From contig CAZOJQ010000008.1 in NCBI GenBank assembly GCA_964580185.1, forward strand, positions 2,426 through 66,425: a stretch of DNA of 64,000 bases, given 5' to 3'. This document shows positions 29,701-38,143 of the stretch, piece by piece (position 1 is the stretch's first letter; each line of letters begins with the position of its first letter). The stretch is from an uncultured Thermotogaceae bacterium (GTDB lineage Bacteria; Thermotogota; Thermotogae; MWEM01). The position numbers and the translations under genes were made by a program. The notes below the pieces were generated by a model. That model worked only from the letters and a program-made list of their open reading frames with translations, did not search any database and was not told the origin of the DNA.

Positions 29701-30423
29701 TTAGTTGGAGGGTGGAACAATCCACAACTCTGAATGTCCATCCGCTTCTCGTTCTACTAAGTTGGCCACTCCAAGTTTGACAATCTCAAGAATGGCCAAA
29801 AAAGTGACGATCAGTGAAATCCGGTCTTCCGCTTCGGACAGAAGCGGGCGAAATTCCAATTCGCCCTCCTCCTGGAGCCGTTGTGTCAGGCTTCGGACCC
29901 GAGATGTGAGGGAATACCGCTCCCCTTTGACTCGATATACCTTTTCTCTGAGTTTGAGTTCATTATAAGCGCTCCGAAAGACCTCCAAGAGCTTCTTCGG
30001 TAACTCGCGCGTTCGGTCCTTGGGGAGGATTTTATTCCGGACAATTGTGCCAAATCGTTTTTGGGCATCTTCAAATCGGCTATCCAAAAAGGTGACAATC
30101 TGCTTCATCTGCTCATATTCCTGCAATTGGTTTTCCAGTTGCGCTTTGGCGTTCCGGAATTCTTCCTGATCGTCGTCTTTTGCCAAGAGCGCTTTCGATT
30201 TCAACTCCATGAGAGTAGAAGCCATAACCAAAAAATCAGAGGCGATAAATACATCAATTCGCTGCATTTTTTCTACATAAGAAGAAAACTCATCTGCAAT
30301 CAAGGCAATTTGTATGTCCCGTATATCCATCTGGTGTTTGCGGATGAGAAAGAGAAGCAAATCCAAGGATCCTTCAAACGCTCCGATTTGGAACTGAAAG
30401 GTGTCTTGAAGTTCTTCGCTCAT
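29701..30423 (-). CDS. scpA: Segregation and condensation protein A (kleisin)
   Basis: N-terminal motif FEGSLDLLLFLIRKHQMDIRDIQIA is typical of ScpA. 240 aa. Confidence 0.75.
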   Translation of the reverse strand: MSEELQDTFQFQIGAFEGSLDLLLFLIRKHQMDIRDIQIALIADEFSSYVEKMQRIDVFIASDFLVMASTLMELKSKALLAKDDDQEEFRNAKAQLENQLQEYEQMKQIVTFLDSRFEDAQKRFGTIVRNKILPKDRTRELPKKLLEVFRSAYNELKLREKVYRVKGERYSLTSRVRSLTQRLQEEGELEFRPLLSEAEDRISLIVTFLAILEIVKLGVANLVEREADGHSELWIVPPSN

Positions 30424-30424
30424 C

Positions 30425-31414
30425 TTAGAACATCAGATGCATCGCAGTACGAACTTTTTCCAAAGTCTGATGGGCAATGATCATGGCTTTCTGATTCCCC
30501 TCTTCAATTGCTTGGTGTACGATCGAGGGACGCGCTTCGATTTCAGAAAGCTTGCTCCAAATGGGTGATAGGATTGCAGTAAGATTTAGGATTAGCGCTT
30601 TTTTGCACTCAATACACCCAATCTTGGCTTTTGTGCACCCTTCGGTAATCCATTGCGCCTGATCGGGTGGTACCTGAAACGCTTTGTGATACGACCAAAC
30701 AGGGCACTTTTCCGGGTCGCCCGGATCGGTCTTTCTTTTGCGGGCTGGATCGGTAATCATTGGAAGGATTGCTTGTTCCAGTTGTTCCGGGGAAGAGTCG
30801 ATCTCGATCACATTGCGATAACTTTTTGACATCTTCCGGCCGTCGGTTCCGAGAAGTTTTGTAACGGGAGCCAGAAGGGATTTCGGTTCCGGGAACAGAT
30901 CGATTTCATAGAGATAGTTGAACCTCCGAGCAATTTCTCGGGATAGCTCAAGATGGGAAAGTTGGTCTTCTCCTACTGGAACCGCTTCCCCCAGAAGAAC
31001 CAAGATATCGGCCGCTTGGAGAATGGGATACATGAGAAAGCCCATATTGGATAAATCCCGATCGGAAAGTTCTTGTTTCATGTCTTTGTAGGTGGGGACT
31101 CGTTCCAAGCGTGCCACTGAAGTAAACATGGAAAAAAGCAAGGTAAGTTCTGCGGTCTCTTTCAGAGCGGATTGAACGAAAAGCACCGATTTCTCGGGAT
31201 CCAGCCCGCACGCTATGAATGTTTTCATGACTTCAAAGGTATTTTGGGGGATCATCCGGGTATTGGCGTAATCTGTAGTCAAGGCATGCCAATCAACTAC
31301 GAAAAAAAAGGTTTCATTTCCTTCATTTTGCAAGCGGACCCAGTGTTCCAAAATCCCGACATAGTGCCCGATATGAAGCTTGCCTGTAGGTCTCGTACCG
31401 CTAACAATCCTCAC
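30425..31414 (-). CDS. trpS: Tryptophan--tRNA ligase
   Basis: HIGH motif (GKLHIGHY) and KMSKS motif (KMSKS). Apparent GTG start preceded by GGAGGTG. Confidence 0.9.
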   Translation of the reverse strand: MRIVSGTRPTGKLHIGHYVGILEHWVRLQNEGNETFFFVVDWHALTTDYANTRMIPQNTFEVMKTFIACGLDPEKSVLFVQSALKETAELTLLFSMFTSVARLERVPTYKDMKQELSDRDLSNMGFLMYPILQAADILVLLGEAVPVGEDQLSHLELSREIARRFNYLYEIDLFPEPKSLLAPVTKLLGTDGRKMSKSYRNVIEIDSSPEQLEQAILPMITDPARKRKTDPGDPEKCPVWSYHKAFQVPPDQAQWITEGCTKAKIGCIECKKALILNLTAILSPIWSKLSEIEARPSIVHQAIEEGNQKAMIIAHQTLEKVRTAMHLMF

Positions 31415-31447
31415 CGTTTACACCTCCGAACTTTCAATTTACCGATC

Positions 31448-31456
31448 AATTGTACC
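31448..31456 (-). promoter_or_regulatory. Putative extended -10 element (TGGTACAAT) of the trpS promoter, inside an AATTGT-N3-ACAATT inverted repeat
   Basis: Reverse complement of attgtacca at 31448-31456, about 35 nt upstream of the GTG start. Confidence 0.35.
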
Positions 31457-31540
31457 ACAATTCGGCTTTGTACGGACAAAACTCGAAAGATCGGTAGAGG
31501 GTTCCAGAAGGATGGAACCCGGGACAAGGGATGGGTTCAT

Positions 31541-31577
31541 AAAAAAAAGGAGCGAAATGGATTCGCTCCTTTGGTTT
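31541..31577 (-). terminator. Rho-independent terminator downstream of gdhA (bidirectional hairpin)
   Basis: 8-bp perfect stem GGAGCGAA/TTCGCTCC with a 5-nt loop. On the minus strand it is followed by an 8-T run; on the plus strand it is flanked by TTTGGTTT. Confidence 0.75.
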
Positions 31578-31627
31578 GATGGAAAAGCTTGTGCGTTGCT
31601 CAGGCCGTTTTGAAGATTTGATGAGTG

Positions 31628-32896
31628 TCAGGGATAGATCCCTCGTAGCTTCGTAGCATGAGCAACTTTTTCAATGGCCACAACGTAGGCTGCGGATCGC
31701 ATATCGGTTTTGTATCGTTCCGCGCAATCGGCCACATCGGCGAAGGCTTTTTCCATGATGGAGTGCAACGCTTGTCGAATCCGGTCCAAATCCCAGAAAA
31801 ACCATTGCAGCCCTTGAACCCATTCAAAATAGGAAACAGTGACCCCACCGGCATTGGCTAAAAAGTCGGGCACACAGAAAATGCCTTTCTTGATGAGGAT
31901 TTCGTCCGCTTCGGGGGTAACAGGCCCATTTGCCCCTTCTACGATGATCTTGGCACGAATGTGATCCGCATTGTTTTGATTGATCACATTTTCCAACGCA
32001 GCCGGAATCAGGATATCGACATCCAAGGTAAGCAACTCTTCGTTGGTCATTACCTTTTCTGCTTTGGGATAGCCTTTAATGACTTTGTTCGTCTTCACGT
32101 ATTCCATAACGTCTTGCACATCAAACCCATTGGAATTGTACATACCTCCGGACACATCACTAATCCCTAAGATTGTTGCTCCACATTCCTGCTGGGTAGT
32201 CAGCGCAGCGAAAGAACCAACATTTCCAAATCCCTGTACCGCCACGGTCATCTTGTTAATCGGTTTGTTGATGACTCCTTTATCGTTCAGGTATTTTACC
32301 GCTTGTTCGGCGCAAACTCTGCATCCTCTGCCCGTTGCTTCATTTCTACCAAGAGATCCACCAATGTCAACGGGTTTGCCTGTAACAATTCCTAACACCG
32401 AGTGGCCAATATTCATACTGTAGGTATCCATGTACCATGCCATGATTTGGGCATTGGTATTCACATCAGGTGCGGGAATGTCTTGGTTTTCCCCGATGAT
32501 GATCTGGATTTCCGAGAAGAATCTTCGGGATAATCGTTCAATTTCCGAATCGGAGAGGAGGCTGGGATCTACTTGAACACCACCTTTACCACCGCCATAA
32601 GGAATACCGACCACTGCACTTTTCCAGGTCATCCAAAACGCAAGGGCCTTGACTTCGTCTAAGGTAACGTCGGGATGGTATCGGATCCCACCTTTGGCTG
32701 GACCCCTGGTTAAACTGTGCTGTACCCGATGCCCAGTAAAAACCTTGATGGAACCGTTATCCATGCGCACAGGGAAATTAACGGTTAACTCCCGTTTGGG
32801 TAACGACAGGGCTTCTCTCATCGATGGATCGAGTTGCATTACATCTGCAGCCTTGTTAAACTGTTTTAGCGCATTTTCAAAAAGACTCAACGCCAT
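31628..32896 (-). CDS. gdhA: NAD(P)-specific glutamate dehydrogenase
   Basis: GDH family motifs, including the catalytic-lysine region (GGGKGG), and a Rossmann domain. Start moved to MALSLFEN, which follows a perfect AAAGAGGAGG RBS. Confidence 0.85.
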   Translation of the reverse strand: MALSLFENALKQFNKAADVMQLDPSMREALSLPKRELTVNFPVRMDNGSIKVFTGHRVQHSLTRGPAKGGIRYHPDVTLDEVKALAFWMTWKSAVVGIPYGGGKGGVQVDPSLLSDSEIERLSRRFFSEIQIIIGENQDIPAPDVNTNAQIMAWYMDTYSMNIGHSVLGIVTGKPVDIGGSLGRNEATGRGCRVCAEQAVKYLNDKGVINKPINKMTVAVQGFGNVGSFAALTTQQECGATILGISDVSGGMYNSNGFDVQDVMEYVKTNKVIKGYPKAEKVMTNEELLTLDVDILIPAALENVINQNNADHIRAKIIVEGANGPVTPEADEILIKKGIFCVPDFLANAGGVTVSYFEWVQGLQWFFWDLDRIRQALHSIMEKAFADVADCAERYKTDMRSAAYVVAIEKVAHATKLRGIYP

Positions 32897-33097
32897 AACC
32901 TCCTCTTTTTGGTTTTTTTCAATTTTTTTCTGGATATTGATCATCGTTTCTATACCGATTCTACACGAACTCTTGCGTTTTCCTGCCTTCTAATTGTGCG
33001 GGTTTTTCGCCTTTAGGTTGAATCTAGTGCCAAGAGAGTAGTCATACTTGCTCAATGAGAAGTATGCTTGTGTATACATGAAAGAGATACCATTCCA

Positions 33098-33709
33098 TTA
33101 TGTACCATTGGAAAAGGAAGACGATCCCGGTTTCTTTTTCCCGTGTTTCTTTCTGATGATCGATCGCGTCAACAGTAAGGCCCCACCAAGAAGCGCGTAT
33201 AAACTGATGATCCAGAGAATGATTTCAAAACGCGAAATGATGATGATGCCGAATGTGATACTGACAATCCCTGCAAGGGCAATCACCCATTTATACCAGG
33301 AGCCTGCTGTTTTCAAAGGGAGCAAGAACCCTACAACGGTTTCCAAAACGCCAAAATAGATCAGTGTCAACCCAACCACAAAAACCGCAATCGTTCCAAC
33401 AAATCCCGGTGCAGCAAACGATAGGATTCCGATGATGATGCCTGCAAACATTTCAAATCCGGTCATTACCTTGTTTTGATCTGTGTCTTTTTTAAAAAAC
33501 ACAAAGAGCTTGTAAGCGCCTATGGCAAAACCCAAAATCCCGATCAGCGTAATGATGATCTTGGAGGATTCTTCTGGCCAGATGAGAGTAACCGTTCCGA
33601 AAACGACCATGATGATCCCCTTGTAAAGCCAGTCATACCATTTCCGCCGAGAGTATTCCGCCTTTTTTTCTCCGAAAAATGAGATTCTTCGCGTCTTTTC
33701 TTCCACCAA
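33098..33709 (-). CDS. DUF308/HdeD-family membrane protein
   Basis: Six TM helices with a repeated Gly-rich helix pattern. 203 aa. Confidence 0.5.
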   Translation of the reverse strand: MVEEKTRRISFFGEKKAEYSRRKWYDWLYKGIIMVVFGTVTLIWPEESSKIIITLIGILGFAIGAYKLFVFFKKDTDQNKVMTGFEMFAGIIIGILSFAAPGFVGTIAVFVVGLTLIYFGVLETVVGFLLPLKTAGSWYKWVIALAGIVSITFGIIIISRFEIILWIISLYALLGGALLLTRSIIRKKHGKKKPGSSSFSNGT

Positions 33710-33768
33710 ACCACATCCTTCCTAGGAGCATTTGCCCCAATACCATTCATCGAAAACGCGTTCAATTG

Positions 33769-34218
33769 CTAAAAAAGGACACGAACCAGTTCCTCAGGAT
33801 CAAGACGATAGGACGAGGGATTTCCCTGGAAAAAATGGTGCTCATGGATCAAATGAAGCGCCAACTCTGAGTAGGTTACACATTCCTGGGTGGATATTCT
33901 GCAGACGCGCACGTTAACCTTAGCGTAGACACCGTCTTGGAAGGGACATACCAGTTTGCCACGGGCTTCATCCACCCAAACTTCCCATTCATCTTCCACC
34001 CCAATCGGCTCCCCGAGTCCTTTCCGCCCATGAATCATGAAGTGTTCCATCCGTTGATATAGGTCATCGAACGATTTTCCCGATTTGGCTAATCGTTCTT
34101 CATCTTCGGTAATGATATCGATCAAAGGGCGTTGATCCTCTCCGAGAAATCCCTGTCCAGAAATTACTCCTGGTTGCATATTTCTCTGAGCCATCTGCAA
34201 TTCTGGGGTCATTTTCAT
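33769..34218 (-). CDS. Hypothetical protein (150 aa), terminal gene of the Nqr/Rnf-like operon
   Basis: GGGGGG RBS followed by ATG begins 8 nt after the nqrF-like stop. No recognised domain. Notable His-rich stretch HLIHEHHFF. Confidence 0.45.
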   Translation of the reverse strand: MKMTPELQMAQRNMQPGVISGQGFLGEDQRPLIDIITEDEERLAKSGKSFDDLYQRMEHFMIHGRKGLGEPIGVEDEWEVWVDEARGKLVCPFQDGVYAKVNVRVCRISTQECVTYSELALHLIHEHHFFQGNPSSYRLDPEELVRVLF

Positions 34219-34229
34219 CGTATCCCCCC

Positions 34230-35354
34230 CTAGGCAAATTTGTCGTAATAGATCCGGTCTTCCGGGATCCCATTGTTCTTCATAACCTGCACGCATGCGT
34301 TGATCATGCCGGGGCTTCCGCACAAGTATCCTTCTTTGGCATGATCGGAATCTACCCGATCGCGCAGGTATTCGTCCAGGACATCGGTAATTAACCCTGT
34401 TTCGCCCTTCCATTCATCTTCGGGCAATGGGTCGGATAAAGCGGGAATGAAATGGAAAAGGGGCCACCGTTCTTCCAAATCTCCGAAAAGATCTAGATAG
34501 AAAAGGTCTCTTTTAGAGCGAGCTCCAAAGAAATACCAAATATGCCGCGATTGATCCCCTTTTTCAAACAAATCCATTAGGATCGACTTGATGGGCGCCA
34601 TCCCGGATCCACCGGCTACGCAGATCATATCTGCATCGGTGTCACGGACGTAAAAATCTCCAAAAGGCCCGATCAGTTCGATTGATTGTCCTTCTTTCAG
34701 GAGTTCGTGAACATACGTCGTTGCAATCCCATTCGGTACTCGTCGGATGAGCAATTCGACGGTTTTTGGTTGGGAGGGATTTGATGACATGGAATACGCT
34801 CTTTGTGTTGATTCGGGGATTTTGCGGTAGGGAGGAATCACAAGTTGGACATATTGCCCAGCTTGGTATTCAATGGAAGCAGGCTTTTCTAGAGAGATCC
34901 GTACCTCTTTGATATCATGAGTCACATCGTTCAATGAATCGATCACTCCCAGATACGGCCGGGCTATGAACAGTTCTTCGGGGATTTGGATTTGGATGTT
35001 CGCTTTCAGCTTGATCTGACAAGACAATCGAATCCCATCTTGCTGCTCCTGTGGGGTTAGTAGGGGGTATTCCGTTGGAAGGATCGGCCCAATATCGGAA
35101 AGGACCGTAATTTTGCAGGCCCCACAGCTCCCCCGCCCTCCACAGGCAGATGGAATGAACACCTCCTGCTCGGAAAGGGCCGAAAGGAGAGATGCGCCTC
35201 CTTTTGTTTGGAGAATCTTCTTTCCCCGGTTGATATCGATTTTCACTTCTCCGTAGTTGTTGACGATCGCGTCAATGATGGCGATGGTTAAAGCCAAAAT
35301 CGCTCCGATTCCTCCAACGACGAGTGGGGCAATCCAGATTGACATTCCGATCAT
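34230..35354 (-). CDS. nqrF: Na+-translocating NADH:quinone reductase subunit F-like (TM helix + [2Fe-2S] ferredoxin + FAD/NAD(P) FNR domain)
   Basis: N-terminal TM helix, ferredoxin motif CGGRGSCGACK...C, and the FAD-binding motif RAYSMSS (NqrF-typical RAYSMAN). Confidence 0.7.
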   Translation of the reverse strand: MIGMSIWIAPLVVGGIGAILALTIAIIDAIVNNYGEVKIDINRGKKILQTKGGASLLSALSEQEVFIPSACGGRGSCGACKITVLSDIGPILPTEYPLLTPQEQQDGIRLSCQIKLKANIQIQIPEELFIARPYLGVIDSLNDVTHDIKEVRISLEKPASIEYQAGQYVQLVIPPYRKIPESTQRAYSMSSNPSQPKTVELLIRRVPNGIATTYVHELLKEGQSIELIGPFGDFYVRDTDADMICVAGGSGMAPIKSILMDLFEKGDQSRHIWYFFGARSKRDLFYLDLFGDLEERWPLFHFIPALSDPLPEDEWKGETGLITDVLDEYLRDRVDSDHAKEGYLCGSPGMINACVQVMKNNGIPEDRIYYDKFA

Positions 35355-35359
35355 CCTTC

Positions 35360-35953
35360 CTATTGAACGCTCAACATACCCGCAAAGCCAATGAACGCCA
35401 TCGCCATGATCCCAATGGTAATGAGCGTGATTCCTGGACCCTGCAAAGCAGGAGGTATGGGATTTTTGTCAATTCTTTTCCGGATTGCTGCAAGCAACAG
35501 GATGGCAAGCCACCAGCCAATTCCTGAACCTGCGCCGAATAAAACCGATTGAAGAAAATTGTAATGACGAAGCTGCATGAACAGGGCAACACCCAAAATG
35601 GCGCAATTGACGGTGATCAAAGGGAGGAAGATCCCTAGACTGATATACAAAGAAGGAGAGAGCCGGTCGATCACCATTTCAAGAACTTGTACAACGGCGG
35701 CTATGACAATGATGAAAACGATGTAGCGTAGATACTCCAGCTCAAGAGGGATGAGAACCGAATGAAGGACAACCCAGTTCACCGCAGTTGTGAGGGTCAT
35801 GACCAAAGTTACTGCCATCCCCAATCCATTGGAGGATTTGAAATCTTTAGAAACTGAAATGAATGAACACATACCCAAGAAGTTGGTCAGGAGAATATTG
35901 GAAGTGAATATTGCTGCAAAGAAAAGGATCAATGCATGAATGGGAGGGGTCAT
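35360..35953 (-). CDS. nqrE: NqrE/RnfA family membrane subunit
   Basis: 197-aa six-TM protein of the NqrDE/RnfAE family. Confidence 0.7.
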   Translation of the reverse strand: MTPPIHALILFFAAIFTSNILLTNFLGMCSFISVSKDFKSSNGLGMAVTLVMTLTTAVNWVVLHSVLIPLELEYLRYIVFIIVIAAVVQVLEMVIDRLSPSLYISLGIFLPLITVNCAILGVALFMQLRHYNFLQSVLFGAGSGIGWWLAILLLAAIRKRIDKNPIPPALQGPGITLITIGIMAMAFIGFAGMLSVQ

Positions 35954-36579
35954 GGCTTTGCCTCCTGATTCTTTTTTGTCGCAGTTTTTGCCAAATAATT
36001 CCCGCGCGCGATCCAGATAAAAATCCCCAACATGAAAAACCCACTAGGGGCCATGATCATTATGGTCCAAGGGACAAACGATTCGGATAGCAAGCGGATG
36101 CCAAATATGGAACCAAATCCCAAAATTTCTCTGCATATGGCAATCGTCATGAGGACAATCATAAACCCAAACCCAGTTGTCAACCCATCCCAAAAGGAGA
36201 GAAATGGTTTGTTGGACTGCGCAAAGGCTTCTGCCCGACCCATGATGATGCAGTTGGTAATAATAAGACCCACATACGGTCCCAGGGCTTTGCTAATGTT
36301 TGGGAGAAAAGCTCGAAGGGCGATATCTACCAAGATTACAAAGAAGGAAATGACCAAGGTTTGGATGATCATCCGCACTTTTCTCGGGATCCAGTTTTTC
36401 ATTAAGGAAAGGAAGAAGTTTGAAAAGGCAGTGACAAAGGTGACACTTGTCGCAAGAATCAGGGTGTTCATTGCATCATTGGTGACTGCTAAAGTCGAGC
36501 AGATACCCAATATTTGCACGAATACCGGATTGTTTCCCCATACATTATCTTTGAGGATTTGCGCCGATTTGGATGCCAT
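35950..36579 (-). CDS. nqrD: NqrD/RnfE family membrane subunit
   Basis: 209-aa polytopic protein that is a paralogous partner of the preceding subunit. 4-nt overlap. Confidence 0.7.
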   Translation of the reverse strand: MASKSAQILKDNVWGNNPVFVQILGICSTLAVTNDAMNTLILATSVTFVTAFSNFFLSLMKNWIPRKVRMIIQTLVISFFVILVDIALRAFLPNISKALGPYVGLIITNCIIMGRAEAFAQSNKPFLSFWDGLTTGFGFMIVLMTIAICREILGFGSIFGIRLLSESFVPWTIMIMAPSGFFMLGIFIWIARGNYLAKTATKKNQEAKP

Positions 36580-36580
36580 T

Positions 36581-37198
36581 TTAAATCCCCCCTTCGTGAA
36601 CCAAAGCTTGAAGGATATGGAGGGATTGGTTCAGGATCTTTTCCACAGATTCGGATGTTAGAGTCGCGCCTGTGACAGCATCAACAGCGGCATTATCAGG
36701 ATCGGGATCGCCCAACCTTCCTGCGGAACGAAGCATGGTTATTCGACCTTCCGGGATGGCTTCATTCCGGAATTGGTCTTTAAACCAAAGATCATCGATT
36801 CGGCCACCCAATCCAGGAGTTTCATTTTGTTCGATGAAATCAATTCCTACGATCCGCGAAGCATCCTCGTTAACAGCCACGATACCGGTGATCGTTCCCC
36901 AGAGTCCATTTCCCGTGAATCGAATTGCATACACGGTTTCTCCTTCTCGAACGGTTTGGTATAAAACCCCTTGACTGGTGTCGTGCTCAGTGATAGTTTC
37001 GTCATAGAGATCATACACTTGATCGATCCGATCATAGGGAATATCCATGGCGAATAGGACTGCTCTGCGAAAGAAGAGTTCGTTATTTCGAGCAATCGGT
37101 TCTTTTGTGCTTTCATTCGCTAAGGCAAGGAGAGCGACTAAGACAAAGGTTACCCCGAAGGTGAAAAGGACGGAATAGGTTTTGCTGTCTTTTTTCAT
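36581..37198 (-). CDS. nqrC: NqrC/RnfG family FMN-binding subunit
   Basis: Single N-terminal TM helix and the covalent-FMN motif TGATLTS near the C-terminus. Start moved to MKKDSKT (206 aa). Confidence 0.7.
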   Translation of the reverse strand: MKKDSKTYSVLFTFGVTFVLVALLALANESTKEPIARNNELFFRRAVLFAMDIPYDRIDQVYDLYDETITEHDTSQGVLYQTVREGETVYAIRFTGNGLWGTITGIVAVNEDASRIVGIDFIEQNETPGLGGRIDDLWFKDQFRNEAIPEGRITMLRSAGRLGDPDPDNAAVDAVTGATLTSESVEKILNQSLHILQALVHEGGI

Positions 37199-38097
37199 GG
37201 GTTCACCTTCTTGGGTTTCGGGATTTTCAGATCGATCAAAGAGGCGAACGTATTCCCGATCAATACGCCAAAACTCGTTCCTTCGGGGAAGAGGGAAAAG
37301 GTTCGGACCAGTACTGAAGAAACCCCGATGATCATTCCATACAACCATTGCGCTTTGGGTTTCTTGGGAGCTGAAACTGGATCGGTTGCCATAAATACTA
37401 TCACAAAAAGAATGCTTCCTGAAATAAAGGAATGAAATGCTGGCAAAGCCCTGGCTACCCCAAAGATATCAAGGATCAGTATGAGTCCAAACGAACTAGC
37501 CAGCGTTGAAACGATAATCCGCCAGCTCGCTGTCTTTGTATACAGAAGGTAGATCGCTGCCAACAGGATTAAAAGAATCGGTCCTTCTCCCATAGCCCCA
37601 GCGCGGTTTCCGATAAGGGTATCCCAAACGGAAAAGGTTTTTCCCTCCCGAAGAATGGAGAGGGGTGTGGCTGAAGTCATTACATTTGATCCAAATCCGC
37701 CTGGTTCAAGAAATCGAGCGGTCATTTCTCCTGGGAAAGCAATATATATAAATAACCGTCCGACAATGGCTGGATTAAAGACATTCTTGCCAAATCCTCC
37801 ATAGGCTTCTTTGCCCATGATTACCCCGAACATGATCCCAACCAATGCGATCCACCACGGAGTTAACGGCGGAAGAGACAGAGTGAAGAGCATACAGGTA
37901 ACAAGGACTGCTTCGCTGACTTTCTTTTTTTGTCGTCGTTCCATCAGGAATTCAGATAAAATCCCGCCCGCGAACACGACGAGAGACAGCAAAAGCAAAT
38001 GCCACCCATACGCCCAAAACGCGAAGGCATAGATGGGGATTAATGCATAGATCACACGCCGCATCATGACTTGCTTGGTGAAAATGTTTATGGCCAA
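37195..38097 (-). CDS. nqrB: NqrB/RnfD family membrane subunit
   Basis: Polytopic membrane protein with the FMN-attachment-like motif SATPLS. At 300 aa it is shorter than canonical NqrB and closer to RnfD. Confidence 0.65.
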   Translation of the reverse strand: MAINIFTKQVMMRRVIYALIPIYAFAFWAYGWHLLLLSLVVFAGGILSEFLMERRQKKKVSEAVLVTCMLFTLSLPPLTPWWIALVGIMFGVIMGKEAYGGFGKNVFNPAIVGRLFIYIAFPGEMTARFLEPGGFGSNVMTSATPLSILREGKTFSVWDTLIGNRAGAMGEGPILLILLAAIYLLYTKTASWRIIVSTLASSFGLILILDIFGVARALPAFHSFISGSILFVIVFMATDPVSAPKKPKAQWLYGMIIGVSSVLVRTFSLFPEGTSFGVLIGNTFASLIDLKIPKPKKVNP

Positions 38098-38143
38098 ATG
38101 GATCCTTCTCCTCTCCTAAGGTTTGGTCGGCTGACTGAACCGA

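Noticed and set aside
31498-31521. 8-bp hairpin GGGTTCCA-N6-TGGAACCC as a second terminator/attenuator
   Set aside because: There is no U-run on either strand after the stem. It lies upstream of the putative trpS -35 region, so it is more likely incidental or a protein-binding palindrome.
31415-31540. T-box riboswitch upstream of trpS
   Set aside because: Only ~125 nt are available between the gdhA terminator and the start codon, and the likely promoter leaves a ~30-nt leader. No AGGGTGGNACCGCG-like T-box core sequence was seen on the minus strand.
33769-38097. Interpretation of the ion-pump operon as a standard Rnf complex
   Set aside because: The terminal redox subunit is NqrF-like (plant 2Fe-2S + FNR with RAYSMSS), not the RnfB polyferredoxin, and no RnfC is present. 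It was therefore annotated as an Nqr-like hybrid.
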